Numbered from the stretch's first letter, positions 21,393-34,100 are shown. The stretch: 64,000 nt of DNA from an uncultured Gemmatimonadaceae bacterium (GCA_963829055.1 CAWHHI010000012.1:416001-480000); one strand, 5' to 3'. Notes: generated from the letters alone by a model not told the origin. Translations and numbers: made by a program.

Positions 21393-22764
21393 ATGCAGAT
21401 GCGGCGCCCGGTGCCGCGACATCGCCCGCTTTCGCTCCACGGAGACCTGCACGTGCTCGTCGTTCTCTGGACGCTCGGCGCCATCGCCGCTGCTGCTCCT
21501 GCTCGCGCTGGCGCTCATCGGCCTTCGCTACCTCACGCGCGGCACGCCGGTGGCGAGACGTCAGCGACGCGGAAGGAAATCGCGAGCTGCCGCAGACCGA
21601 CGATGAGCTGTTCGAGTGCTTCGATCGAGCTGCTGACCGGCACGACGTTCACGTCAGGGAATCACGCCGAGCTGTGTCTCAACGGCGACGGCACGTACGA
21701 CCGATTGTTCGCGGATCTCGCGTCCGCGCGACGAGACGATCACGCTGCAGATGTACTACTGCCAGCCGGGCAAGGTCGCCGATCGATTCGCCGAGGTCAT
21801 GCGCGAGCGCGCGAAGGCCGGCGTTCGCGTGCTCTTCCTGCTCGATGCCTTCGGGTCGGCGACGCTCACCGAAGGACTACCTCCGAGTCGCTCGCGGCTG
21901 CTGGCGTCGAGGTCGCGAAGTTCCGGCCCGTGCAACTGGTACGCGCTCGAGAAGGCGTACGCGCGCTCGCACATCCGGGTCGTCGTCGTCGATGGACGCA
22001 TCGGCTACACCGGCGGCTTCGGCATGGACGACAAGTGGCTCGGCGACGGACGCCACGCGGACCAGTGGCGCGATACGAACGTGCGCTTCACCGGGCCGGC
22101 GGTGCAGCAGCTTCAGGCGACGTTCGCGACGGGCTGGGCCGAGGCGACCGGTGAGTTGCTCACGGGCCCCGACCATGTTTCCCGACGCCTCCGACGATGG
22201 CAACGGGCGCGATGCGCGCGACGCTGCTGCACACGGCGCCGACGATCGGCAGCACGGCCGCGGAGCGCTTGCTCGCGCTGTCGATCGCCGCGGCTCGACA
22301 CACGCTCTACATCACGAACTCGTACTTCGTGCCTGACGATGATTTCGTTCGTCTGCTGCGCGAAGCCGCCGCGTCGCGGCGTCGATGTCCGCGTGCTCAC
22401 GCCCGGAAAGCTCAACGACGTGAAGAGCACGTGGTACGCAGGTCGTGCGCAGTACGAGCGACTGCTCGAGGGCGGCGTGCGAATCTTCTGGTATCAGCCC
22501 GCGATGATCCACGCGAAGGCATTCGTCGTGGACGGCTGCTGGGCATCCGATCGGGACGATGAACTTCGACAACCGGTCGCTCGCGTTCAACGACGAGTCG
22601 AACCTGCTCGTGCTCGACGATGCGTTTCGGCGCGACGGTGCGCGACATGTTTCTCGATGACCTCACGCGTTCGAAGGAAGTGACGCTCGAAGCGTTCCGG
22701 CGGCGTCCGCGGAAGGAGCGACTCCTCGAGTGGGGTGCGAGTCGGGTGGCGCGTAGTCCTGTAG
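21393..22764 (+). CDS. Cardiolipin synthase-like phospholipase D (frameshifted)
   Basis: N-terminal TM, LLDAFGS, RSHIRVVVVDG..YTGG, WRDTNVRF.GP, ITNSYFVP, MIHAKAFVVDG, GTMNFDNRS..NDE. Confidence 0.88.
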
Positions 22765-22788
22765 GACCCGCAAGCTAGATTCGGCAGC

Positions 22789-23197
22789 ATGCAGCAGCGA
22801 CGAAGACGAAACTCACGAGCGCGTCCGGCTCGACAAGTGGCTCTGGGCCGCACGGTTCTTCAAGACGCGCGCGCTCGCGGCGGAGGCCATCGACGGTGGC
22901 AAGGTCGACGTGAACGACACGCGCGCGAAGCGCGCGAAGATGGTGCAGGTCGGCGACGCGGTACGCGTGCGGCAGACACCGTTCGAGCACGTCGTCACGT
23001 TCGCGGCATGTCGGACCGACGTGGGCCGGCGAGCGTCGCGGCGACGCTGTACGAGGAGACGGCCGAGAGCAAGAGCCAGGCGCGAGGCGCTCGCGACGCA
23101 GATTCGAAGCATGCCCGCGGACGACTGGGAGAGCGGGTCGCCCGACGAAGCGCGATCGCCGCGAGATCGAGCGCGTTCGAGCGTCGGCAGCCGGTAG
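22789..23197 (+). CDS. hslR: RNA-binding S4 protein, Hsp15 family
   Basis: VRLDKWLWAARFFKTRALA..GGKVDVN, LYEET, PTKRDRRE across frames. Confidence 0.88.
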
Positions 23198-23226
23198 ATC
23201 GGTAGCCGGCAGCTATCGACTGACGG

Positions 23227-23946
23227 CTAACGATGCGGTAGGGTCGCGGTGTCGAGCCGGTGCCCGCCGTCGAACGAGACAGCCGTGCGTGCGATTCCCG
23301 CCGCGCTGAATCGGCCGAGCTGCGACGTCGGCACCGGCCCACGACGCGAGCTCGTCACGCGTGCCGACGACGAAGCACCACCGGAGCAGCCCGCGAGCCG
23401 GTCCGCCAACGATGTGACAGATCGACGTCGGGCGGAAATGCGCCGGCCCACAGGATCACTTCGTCGGCGCGCACGCGCCGTCCACGCACGACCCAGCGGC
23501 CCACGGTCGCGACGCCCTGCGAGAAGCCGAACACGCGAAGCCTAACGCGGCTCGCGCTCGCGGGTGGCCGGACGTGGTCGTGCAGCGCGTCGAGGTACGC
23601 GATCTGATCGGCGATCTCCGCGCGTCGGTCCTCGCGCGTCATCCACGTCGCGCCCACTCCGGCGCTGCTGTATTCACGCCGACCCCGACGGCGCGTCGAG
23701 ATAGAATCGCGAGAGCGCCTCGGGCGCGATAATGCGTCGCGACGGGGTGGCGACACGGACGAACGACTCGAGGAACGGCGCCGCCAGCTGCCCGTACCCA
23801 TGGCACACGATCCACAGCTCGGTAATGTCGTCAGGCGCGTCCGGCGAAGGCCCGCCGAGGGCGTAGTACCGCGCCGTGCGCTGCACGGTGAGGTGATGCT
23901 CGCGCGGTGCGCGTGGCTCGCGGCGCTCGTTAGGCCCGACCGTCAC
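23227..23946 (-). CDS. Alpha/beta-hydrolase esterase/phospholipase (frameshifted)
   Basis: CHGYGQLA, PEALSRFY, VGATWMTREDR, GFSQG nucleophile elbow, FDGGH. Confidence 0.85.
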
Positions 23947-24763
23947 GTGCGCGTTTTGACGAGCAGTCGCTGGCCGACCTCGATCTTGGGCGACGGCAGC
24001 GAGTTCCACTCGAGAATCTGCTCCGACGCCACGTTGTACTGTCGCGCCGATCAGCTCGAGCGCCTCGCCGCGCTGCACGACGTGGTAGATCGGCTGACGC
24101 GCCGGAACGGCCGTCGCGAGCGCCCGCTGCCGTTCGTCTTCATCGGCTATCGCGAATCGCCTGCTGCCGGCGCCGTCATGAGCGAGAGCACGCTGTCGAG
24201 ACGCGAGCCGTTCGCTCGCCGCGACGCCGAACGTACGCATCTGGACCGGGCGCGCGAATGACGACGCCGCTCAGCGTCCCGAGGAACACGCGGCCTCGCC
24301 AGATCGTCGATCGGCCGGTCGTACGGGAACGACGACTCCTCGAGCAGCTGCGGCTCCGGCTCGCGCGGCAGGATCTCCTCGGGCGGAACGCCGACGTAGA
24401 GCAGCCGGCGATTCGTCGCCGCCAGGACGCCGTGCGTCACGCGGAAGTAGTGCCACCAGTGCCGCGCGATCACCGGCGCGCGCCAGTCGATCGCCTCGCC
24501 GCGCTCGAGCATGAGCTCGAGCTCGCGGTTCGCGATCCGGGCCGAGCCTTCCGCGTCGCCCGCGGTGGATGAACAGCAGTGCTGCCGACGATGCCCGCGA
24601 GACCAGCGTGACGACCAATGCTCCACGCCGACACGCGGAGCGCCACTCGCCAACGCGGCAGCGGCGGCGGCGCCGGGCGGCGCGGACGCCGAGCGGCGGC
24701 CTCCATCTCCTCGGTCCACCCGGTGGACGGGGCTGAGAACGGGGGCTCGGTCAGTTGACTCAC
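23943..24763 (-). CDS. Membrane-anchored protein with C-terminal LysM domain (frameshifted)
   Basis: [28 protein letters not shown]-terminal [15 protein letters not shown] middle domain. Confidence 0.75.
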
Positions 24764-24889
24764 CGCGTGGGTGCCTGGTGGTCCGTCGTGCGCATCATCG
24801 ACCCCGCCACGCTAGAAACACGCAGCGGCCCCGCGCAAGCGCGGAGCCGCCTTCGAGCCAGATTTCCCGGACGGTTCTGCCGCGTCTCG

Positions 24890-25103
24890 TCAGTGTGCCT
24901 TCCGCTGCGAGGCAGAGTCCGCGCCTTCGACTTCTCCTTCCTGGTACTCGGCCGTCACGTCGGTCGGCGCGCGGAACGTCTTCTTGTGAATCAAACCGGC
25001 CGTGACGAACGAGCCGACAGCCAGGGCGGTGATGAACAACGCGATCGGCCAGCCCTGCGAGAAGCTTCCTTCGATGCGTCGGCGCTTGGTCGGTCAGTGC
25101 CAT
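24890..25103 (-). CDS. Small single-TM hypothetical protein (one indel near the start)
   Basis: Hand translation SFSQGWPIALFITALAVGSFVTAGLIHKKTFRAPTDV...KAH*; not in the ORF track in this frame. Confidence 0.55.
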
Positions 25104-25147
25104 GGGTTCCGTGAAGGACGGGTGAAGTCCGAGCAATGTAGTCGAGC

Positions 25148-26923
25148 CTATCGTAGCTTCGCCACCCGTTCGGACGCCGGCGCGTTGCACGGCCGACTGG
25201 GCCGCCGACGATCGCTCGCTCGGTCTCGGCGGACGATCCGCCGACCTCGATCTCCGACATCGTGCCGAATCGCGCGGCGGTACCAGTCGGTCCACGGTCT
25301 CGAGGATCAGCCGTTCCTTGCCGCGATCGCCACCGCTGGCGATGCGCCGCGCGCGACAGCGCGGTCTCGACGTCGAGCCGGGCGATCGCGGCACGTTCGA
25401 CTTCGGCGACGAGCGCGCGCGCGGTCGCACCGTCGGCCGACGCCGAGCGTGAGCGCGGACACGAGCGCCGACACGCCGACGTTCGTCGAGCTCGCGCGGC
25501 GACACGTTAGGCAGCCGGTCGTTGTCCGTGTGATAGTAGACGTCGGTGAAGTGCCAGAACAGGAGTCCGGGCTTCTTCGCGTCGAGGAACGGCACGTGGT
25601 CGCTCCCGCCCTCGAACGGGTTCGTGCGCACGACCCAGCCCGTCACCGCCGCCTGGTCGAGGCAGCGACGCAGGACGAAGTCGTTGAAGAAGTGCGGCGT
25701 CAGCTGGTCCACGCGCAGCGGGCTGCCGCCCCATTCGGTGTGGTGGTCGTCGCCGCGCGTCCACACGGCGGACGGGTCGGGCATCTTCTCGATGAGGAAC
25801 GTGCCGCCGGTCTTCTCGGTGTCCTCGCCCACCATGTCGAGGCTCACGCCCCAGCTGCACCGTCGCCGCGCGCGCACGCGTCCGCGAGATAGCGACGCGT
25901 CTGCGCGATCTCGTTGCCCCAGATGAACGTGATCGAGCGACGCGGGTCGACCGTGCCGGCCTGGACGAGCGACGCGGCGACGCGCGCCATCTCCGACCTG
26001 CGCGCCGACGCCGGACGCGTTGTCGTTCGCGCCGGGCTCCTGCACGTGCGCGCTGAAGACGAATCGCTCGTTAGGCTTCGCCGCTCCCGCGAACGTCGGC
26101 GATGACCGTGCGCTCGACGGACGTGGAGAACCGCGACTGCGTCATCACGCGGACGCGCACCGGACCCGCGGCGAGCGCGCGCTGCAGCGCCTCGCGCGCG
26201 TCGTACGACAGCAGCAGTCCCCACGCCTTCGCGGCGGTGTCCGCCTGAGATCGACGAGAACTGGATCGACGTGCGATGCGTCTCGGGCTTCGTGTACGCG
26301 GGCATGGCGTACGCGAGCACGCCGATCGCGCCACGCTTGCGGGCCTCGCTCGACAGGCTTGCCGACCGACATGTCCCCGAACACGATCTTGCCGGCGAGC
26401 GGAACGCGATCGAACGCGCCGCCGTCGCCCTTGCCGACCGAGACGACTTCCGCTTCCACGCCACCAGCCGGCGTCGACGACGAGTTCACCGCGAGCATGT
26501 TGCGGTTCGTCGCGAAGCGCAGCACCGGCGTGCTCGCGCCGACGATCGTGAGCGACGCATCGAGCGGATCCCACGCCGGCCCCGACATTGCGCGCTGACT
26601 CGATGCGGAACGTCAGGCGGTCCGTCGGCTGTCGCGGCCTTCTCCTCGACGTAGCCCGCTGCGCGGAGCTGCTCGACCACGTGGTCGATGCTCTCCTCGA
26701 AGCCACGATTGCCCGGCCACCGCCACCGCTGCTCGACGAACGCCACCGTCGTGAGCGCGCGATCGCCCGAGTATTCCGGTCGGACGAGCGCGAACAGCTG
26801 CGCGACCGCTGGCGGCGGCTCGCGTCGATGACGGCTGCCCGCACTGGTCGCGCGGCGCCGAGCATCGCGGCGCGCGCGACGAGCGATCGCGAGGCGCCGA
26901 AACAACGAAGACGCCGCGGTCAC
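25148..26923 (-). CDS. M28 family aminopeptidase with PA-like insert (frameshifted)
   Basis: SAHVQEPGANDNASG, WGNE, SLDMVG, FEGGSDH, YYHTDND. Confidence 0.85.
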
Positions 26924-26966
26924 GCGGCGCCTCGATGCAATCTGAATGTGACCATTGCGCGTTGGA

Positions 26967-27692
26967 TCAGCTGGCAGCGCGCGTCACGACCTCGCGTCGT
27001 GGCAGCGGGACCGAGACGCGCGCGAGGTGCTCCGTCATCGCCTGCTCGGCGCGTTCGCCGTCGCAGTCCTCGATGGCGTCCACGATCTCGCGATGATCGG
27101 CGAACGCCGCTCGCGAGCGATGCTGTCGAAGTCGTCGCGATACAAGCCGCTCGGTGCGGAGCAGCGCGACGATGGTCTGACTGAGCAGGACGAGCACAGG
27201 ATTGCCCGTCGCCCGCGCCACTTCGACGTGGAACTCCGTGTCGCCGTCGACGAGTCGTGGCGAGAGCGAGTTGTTCCTCCTCGAGCTCCGACTCGATAGC
27301 GCGGAGGCGCGCGACATGCGCGTCGCTCCTGCGCGCTGCGGCGAGGCGTGCCGTCGGGATCTCGAGCAGCTCACGAGCCTCCTGCAGGCTCGCGACGTTG
27401 TGCTGCTCGTTGCGAAGCAGCAGCGTGATCGACTCGACCACTCGGTCGGTCGAGAGGTTCGTCACGAACGTGCCGCGGCCGACGAACACCTCGATCAGAC
27501 CCTTTTCGGTGAGCGACTTGATCGCTTCGCGCACCGCGGTGCGGCTCACACCAAATCGTTCAGCGAGATCTCGCTCGGCAGGAATCTGGTCGCCCGGTTT
27601 GAGGGCACCCGAGACAGAATCTGCTGCTGGATCTGGTCGACGATCTCCTGGTAGAGCCGCTCCTTCGGCTTGATCGGTAGGTACACAGGCAT
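26967..27692 (-). CDS. GntR/FadR family transcriptional regulator (frameshifted)
   Basis: RLYQEIVDQI, IPAERDLAERFGVSRTAVREA, GRGTFV, DTEFHVEVARATGNP, HREIVDAI. Confidence 0.9.
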
Positions 27693-27939
27693 CTGTTTCC
27701 GTCCTCGAGCCAGAGGCGACACGTCGGAGCGACCGAGCTCGCCGATGAAACCGATCGCGTCGCCGTGCGAGCGCGCGCGTATTTGCCCGACTACGCACCT
27801 GTCCAGAAAAACGCTGACGTGGACCGCGAGCGTTGGCGTTGGTGCGACGGCCGGCACGCATGCGAGCAGGCTCGGTGGCGCATCCGCGCGGGCCGAGTTC
27901 CCTAGTGGCGGCCGCCCGCCGCCCGTAGCTTCTCGGGCC

Positions 27940-28754
27940 ATGCAACTCACCCCGGTCTCGCGGCGGACGCCGCTCTCGCTCGACGATCGCTCCGCCGCGC
28001 GGCCCGCCGGGCTGCCCGACGACGACGAGCTGAAGCGAGCAGACAAGCCGAGCTGCTCAAGCGGCTCGGCGAGCTGCAGGCGACGCTGTACGCCGACGGG
28101 CGATACGCGCTGCTCGTCGTGCTCCAGGCGCGCGATGCCGGCGGGAAGGACGGCACCGTCCGCAAGGTGTTCGGCGCCTGCAACCCACTCGGCTGTCAGG
28201 TGACGTCGTTCAAGACGCCGACGCCGCTCGAGCTCGAGTCACGACTACCTCTGGCGCGTGCATCAGGCGGTTCCCGCCAAGGGAATGGTCGGGATCTTCA
28301 ACCGCTCGCACTACGAGGACGTGCTCGTCGTGCGCGTGAAGGACCTCGTGCCGAAAGCCGGTCTGGTCCAAGCGGTACGATCAGATCAACGAGTTCGAGC
28401 AGCATGCTCGATGACAACCGCGTGAAGATCCTCAAGTTCTTTCTGCACATCTCGCGCGACGAGCAGGCGAAGCCGCCTGCGCGACCGATTGTCCGATCCC
28501 GAAGAAGAACTGGAAGTTCCGCGCGGGCGATCTCGACGACCGCGACCTCTGGGACGAGTACACCAAGGCGTATCGCGACGCGCTGCGGCAGTGCAGCACG
28601 CCGTGGGCGCCATGGTACGTGGTTCCCGCCGACGACAAGAAGGCGCGCAACTACTTACATCGCGCAGACCGTGGTCGACACGCTCGAAGGACTGGGACTG
28701 CGCTACCCGAAGGCCGACCGCGAGGTGTTGAAGCTCAAGCGGAAGCTCAAGTGA
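27940..28754 (+). CDS. ppk2: Polyphosphate kinase 2 family (class III-like) (frameshifted)
   Basis: [52 protein letters not shown]. Confidence 0.9.
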
Positions 28755-29120
28755 GCATCGGGTACCGGCGCGTGCCAGGCCCATCGAGCGCCGCACCGTG
28801 TCGCGCAAGACGCCGGGCGACGGCAAGCTCGAGATCACGAAGATCGCCGCGACGCGGCTCGAATCGTTAGGTGAGCGAGTTCGTGGTCGCGGTCGACGAC
28901 ACGCGAAGGCGAGGCCGCGCTCGGCACGATGCCGTGTACCTGCCGAGGCGACGACGCGCCACACGTGCATTACTTCGTCGAGAGCGAGCTGCTGCCTGTC
29001 GATCGCTCGACGGCGGGAAGCGAAGTCGATCTCTTCGCTCGACGATGGCCGCGCCGGCAGCTGCTCGTCGTGACCACGCCTGACGGTCACGCCGACCGTC
29101 ACGCTTTCGCACGGAGTCTC
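28751..29120 (+). CDS. Hypothetical protein with CxC..HxH motif (frameshifted)
   Basis: GTGA overlap with ppk2; SRKTPGDGKLEITK, MPCTCRGDDAPHVHYFVESELL. Confidence 0.55.
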
Positions 29121-29122
29121 AC

Positions 29123-29474
29123 ATGGCCTCTGCCCACGCCCGAGTTCATGACGACGACCGCGAACTTCCTCGACGGCTACCGGACCGTCCGCACGTTCGG
29201 CGTGGTTCGTGGCATCACCGTCCGATCACGCTCGGTCTTCGGCACCCTTGGCGCCGCGCTCCAGCAGCTGCGCGGCGGTGAGGTCTCGCTGCTCACCGAG
29301 CTCTGCGAGCGAACGCGTCATGATGCGTTCGCGCTCGCGATCGAGCACGCGCGCGACCTCGGCGCGAATGCCCTCGATGGCGCTACGGTACGACGCCACG
29401 GAGATCATGTCCGGCGTGTCGGAAGTGCTGTGCTACGGCACGGCCGTGCGGGTCGTTCCTGCGCGCGACACTGA
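29123..29474 (+). CDS. YbjQ/UPF0145 family protein
   Basis: GVVRGITVRSRS, TELCERTR, LGANA..RYDATEI..EVLCYGTAV. Confidence 0.88.
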
Positions 29475-29520
29475 CGCCGCCGTGACGCTAGCCTTCCACT
29501 CCTTCCCGATTCCCGACTCC

Positions 29521-30516
29521 GTGCTTCTCGCTGGCGACATCGGCGGCACGAAGACCCGGCTCGCGCCTCTACGAGGAAACGAGCGGCGGCGCTTCGTCTC
29601 GCGCAGTCGGCGCTGTACGAGAGTAAATCCACGTCCGACGCTCGAAGAGATCGTCGTCCGCTTTCTCGACACCAGCGGACAACCCCGACACCGACGGCCG
29701 CTTGCTTCGGTGTCGCCGGCGCGGTCGTCGGCGGGCAGGTGCGCGCCACCAACCTGCCGTGGCACGTAAGCGAGGCGGGCCTCGCGCGCGAGCTCTCGAT
29801 TCCGCACGTGCGACTACTCAACGATCTCGAGGCGGCGGCGTACGGCGTCGTCGCCATCACCGAGCCGAGCGTCGCTGCTGACGCTCCAGGCGGGGAAACC
29901 GCCGGACGGAGCATCGCGCGCTCGCGCTTGTGTCGGCGGGCACGGGACTCGGCGTTGCGATGATGTCGTGGAACGGGCATCGCTACAAGGTCGCGCCGTC
30001 CGAAGGCGGTCACGCCGACTTCGCGCCGCAGGACGATGTGGAAGACGCCATGTTGCGCATGGCTGCGGAAGAAGTTCGGACACGTGAGCTACGAGCGCGT
30101 CTCTCGGGCCCGGGTCTGGTGAACCTCTATCGCTTCCTGCGGAGCACTGGCGCAACAGCCCGAGCCGGCGTGGCTCACGGCCCGCATCGGCGACGGCGAT
30201 CCCGCGCCGGTGTATCGCGAGGCGGCGCTCGCCCACGAGGATGCCATCTGCGACGAGACCCTAACGCGGTTCGTGTCGCATCTACGGCGCCGCGGCCGGC
30301 AACTATCGCGCTCACGGCGCTCGCTGTGGGCGGCGTGTTCCTCGGCGGAGGGATCGCGCCGAAGATCCTTCCCGCCTCGAGAACGGACCGTTCCTGCGAG
30401 CGCTTCGCGGCGAAGGGCCGGTTTGCGATGCGATGCGGAAGATTCCGGTGCACGTCGTGCTGGCCCCGGACGTGGCTCTGCTCGGCGCAGCCGCCTGCGT
30501 CGCGAGAACGGCGTGA
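29521..30516 (+). CDS. glk: Glucokinase (frameshifted)
   Basis: LAGDIGGTKT, ATNLPW, LLNDLEA, AGTGLG, SEGGH.DF, SGPGL, GGVFLGGGIAPKI. Confidence 0.9.
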
Positions 30517-30597
30517 CGCGAAGCGTGTAAGGTCAGGCGGCGCAGTCGCTTAACGGCTGACACGGGGGCCGCTCAGGTATTTCGGCCCGCCGTCGAC

Positions 30598-30744
30598 GGT
30601 CTGGTGCCGCTCGCGGTCGGCAACGGGCTCACGAATCTGTTCGGAGCGATCGCGTTGGCCACGGCTGGAGGAACGATCTTTGGCACGTTAGGCGCCATGC
30701 TCGTCATGCCAGCGATCCTCGTTGGGAGAAGAGCGGGCAAGTAG
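30598..30744 (+). pseudogene. Orphan C-terminal fragment resembling the last two TMs of an RND (AcrB/CzcA-type) permease
   Basis: GLVPLAVGNGLTNLFGAIALATAGGTIFGTLGAMLVMPAILVGRRAGK*; no room upstream for the rest of the gene. Confidence 0.5.
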
Positions 30745-30819
30745 CCGGGTCGACTGCGGCGCGTGAACCCGGGGGTGCTGGCATCCGGCGGTGGCATGGC
30801 CAGTACCAAGTGCGTCAGC

Positions 30820-30970
30820 GACTGCTCAGCAGCAGGTGTCAGGCATCAGGTCCCGTATCCGCCGGCTTGGGTCGCGCGCTTGGCGTCGCGCTTGGCGTTG
30901 CGCCGGACTGCCGACTGGGCTCGGAGACTGATGCCTGACACCTCGTACTCAATGCTGGCGTGCTGAGTCA
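30820..30970. repeat. Intergenic inverted repeat with internal 12-mer tandem repeats
   Basis: Perfect 16-bp IR AGGTGTCAGGCATCAG (30834-30849)/CTGATGCCTGACACCT (30928-30943); CTTGGCGTCGCG-like unit x3 inside. Confidence 0.85.
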
Positions 30971-31005
30971 CTGGCCAGGACGTCGCGACAATGCCAGGAA
31001 CTCGA

Positions 31006-32555
31006 TCACGCCGCCGGCAGCGTCAGCGTGAACGTGCTTCCCTTCCCGATCGACGCTCTCGGCGACGAGATCGCCGCCCATCGCGCGCGAGAGATCGCGG
31101 CTGATCGCGAGGCCAAGTCCCACGCCTTCGCTCGGTGCGCCGGCCGAGCGCGCGACCTGAACGAACGGCTCGAAGATCGTCCGACAGCTTATCGGCCGGG
31201 ATGCCGCGGCCCGTGTCGCGCACACGGACCGTGACCTGGCCGCCGGTCCTCGTCGCACTCGAGCGTGATCTCCCCGTTAGGCTCCGTGAACTTGATCGCG
31301 TTCGTCATCAGGTTCACGAGGATCTGCTCCACCTTCTCACGGTCCGCGCGAACACGCAGGTCGCCATCGCAGTTGCGGCGTACGAAGCGGAGCTCGCGCG
31401 CGCGAAGCTGCGGTGTCGGTGACGTCCTCCACGCCGCGGATCGCTTCCGCCAGCTCGAACTCGCGGATCTCGTAGCGTACCGTGCCCGCATCGAGCCTAA
31501 CGAAGTTCAGCACGTCGTTGATGAGCGACAGCAGATGCTTCTGGCTGCGGCGAATGCGTCGAATGTCCTCGCGCTGCGCCGCGCGTGACCGGTCCGCGCA
31601 CCTCGAGCTCGATCAGCTCCGCGTAGCCGTCGATCGCGTTGAGCGGCGTGCGGAGCTCGTGACTCATCACCGCCAGGAACTCCGACTTCGCGCGACTCGC
31701 CTTCTCCGCTTCGGCACGCGCCGCCTCGGCCTCGAGGCGGGAGATCTCCGCCTCCTTCCGCGCGCGCTCGCGTGTTCGCCAACAACTTCGCGCGCTCCTC
31801 GCTCGGCGACGCGGCGTTCGGTGTGTCCGCGATGACCGCGACGACCGTCGGCGCGACCTGATCGCGCGGCGGCATCGGGTAGAGCGAACCGAGAACCAGC
31901 GATCGTCGATGACGCGACGTCGTACAGCAGCGGCTGTCCCGTGGCGACGACGTCGGCGATGCTGCCCGCCGGGGCGTCGCTGGATGGCGGGAGCAGGTCG
32001 TGGAACCTGCGATGCGCATGCCCTCCGCTCAGCTGGCCGAGCAACACGTCCGCTGCATCGTTGCACCGTTGGAGCTCACCGCTCTCGTCGATGATGCAGA
32101 CGGCATCGGTGATCGCGTCGAACGTCGACTGCCCATTGCTCGGCCGCAATTCCGCACCTTCTCCTCGGCCGCGCGCACGCGCAGCAGCGCGCGAACGGTC
32201 GCGATCAGCTCCTGCGGCTCCACCGGGTGCGTGAGGAACGCGTCGGCGCCGGCCTCGAGGCCCTGCGCACGCCATTCGCCGGTCGTGAAGCCCGGCGCGA
32301 CGTGAATGATCGGAATCGGTTGCGGTCGCGGGGTCGGCCTTCAGCCGATTCGCGAACTCGAACGCCGTACGGCCGGGTAGCTCAGTGTCGAGCACGACGA
32401 CGTCGGGACGATGCGCGAGCTGCGCTTCCAGCTCCGCCGCGTTCGACGCGTCCAGCACGTCGAATCCCGCCTGGCCGAAGCCAGAACCCGATGGCCTCGC
32501 GACCGTCGCTCGCGTCGTCGGCAACGAGAATGGTTCGTGCTCGGGTTCCGCTCAC
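31006..32555 (-). CDS. Receiver-PAS-histidine kinase (frameshifted)
   Basis: [68 protein letters not shown]. Confidence 0.88.
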
Positions 32556-32695
32556 GGTGTTCTTCCCCTCAATTTCCGAGTGCGCTTCGGAGTCGTTAGC
32601 CACAGCCGTGCTGCGACACTGTGAAAGATGCGCGCCAATACGTCCGGGCAATTCTGTGTCCGCTGTCAATCCAACGCCCAACTACCCGACGACTG

Positions 32696-34021
32696 ATGCG
32701 ATTGTCGCTCGGCCCACTCGTCGCCGCAATCGTTGCTCGCCCCAACTGCGCTCGCCGCACAAGGCGTCTGCGTCGGCGCTCACGCGCGAGATCGACCGCC
32801 GTGCGCCGCAGCTCGAAGCGAAAGCCGATCGCGTGGCGACGTGATATCCACCAGCACCCCGAGCTGTCGAATCGCGAGGTGCGGACGTCGAAGCTCGTCG
32901 CGGATCATCTCGCGCTCACTCGGGATCGAGGTCCGCACGCGTCGCCAAGACCGGAGTCGTCGGCATCGCTTCGCGGCGGGAAACCGGGCCCCGTCGTCGC
33001 GCTCCGCGCGGACATGGACGCGCTGCCGGTGGCCGAGGAGGTCGATGTGCCGTTCAAGTCGACCGTGCGGTCCACGTACAACGGCCAGGACGTCGGCGTG
33101 ATGCACGCGTGCGGTCACGACGCGCACGTCGCGATTCTGATGAGCGTCGGCGGAGCTGCTCGCCGGTATGCGTGATCAGGTTCCGGGGACCGTGAAGTTT
33201 CTCTTCCAGCCCTCCGAGGAAGGTGCACCGCCGGGTGAAGAGGGCGGCGCGGCGCTGATGATCAAGGAGGGCGCGCTCGACAATCCGAAGGTCGACGCGG
33301 TGTTCGGCCTGCACGTGTTCCCGTACGAGGTCGGGACGATGCACTATCGACCGGGTGCGCTCATGGCGAGCTCGGACCGATTCGAGATCGTCGTGCACGG
33401 CCGGCAGACACACGGTGCACTGCCCTGGAACGGCGTCGACCCGGTGGTCGTCGCGTCGCAGATCGTGCTCGGGCTCCAGACCATAACGAGTCGGCAGGTG
33501 AATCTCGTCGCAGTCGCCGGCGGTCGTGACCGTCGGGCGAATCAACGGCGGCGTGCGCTACAACATTGTGCCGGATAGCACGGTGCTCGAGGGCACGATC
33601 CGCACGTTCGACGAGGGCATGCGATCGGATATCCACGAGCGAGTGAAGCGAATCGCGGAATCGATCGCGGCAAGCGCAGGAGCGACGGCCACCGCGACGG
33701 TGTTTCCGTACACGCCGCGTGACGATGAACGACGTCGCGCTGACCGAACGCATGGCTGGCACGCTCAAGCGCGTGGCCGGCGCGGACAAGGTGGCGATTG
33801 CGAAGCAGACGACGACGGCCGAGGACTTCGCGCTGTACGAGCAGAAGGTGCCGGGCATGTTCTTCTTCCTCGGGATCACGCCGAAGGGGCAGGATGCGTC
33901 GAAGGCGGCGCCTAACCATTCGCCGCGATTCTTCGTGGATGAGGCCGCGTTGGTGCCGGGCATTCGCGCGCTCGCGAACCTCGCGGTCGACTACCTGCAA
34001 TCGGCAAAGCCGGCGCAGTAA
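32696..34021 (+). CDS. Exported M20 family amidohydrolase (Acy1-like) (frameshifted)
   Basis: RRDIHQHPELS, ALRADMDALP, MHACGHDAH, FQPSEEG, AEDF, PNHSPRF. Confidence 0.9.
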
Positions 34022-34100
34022 GCCAGTGCAGTCCGCCGGCCCGGTGAAACCGCGTTCACCGAGGCCAGCCGTACGTCGGGAGACCTCAACCCCGACCCCC

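Noticed and set aside
27780..27812. Possible GntR/FadR operator (TTGCCCGACTA..CCTGTCCAGAA)
   Set aside because: Too degenerate to support without comparative data
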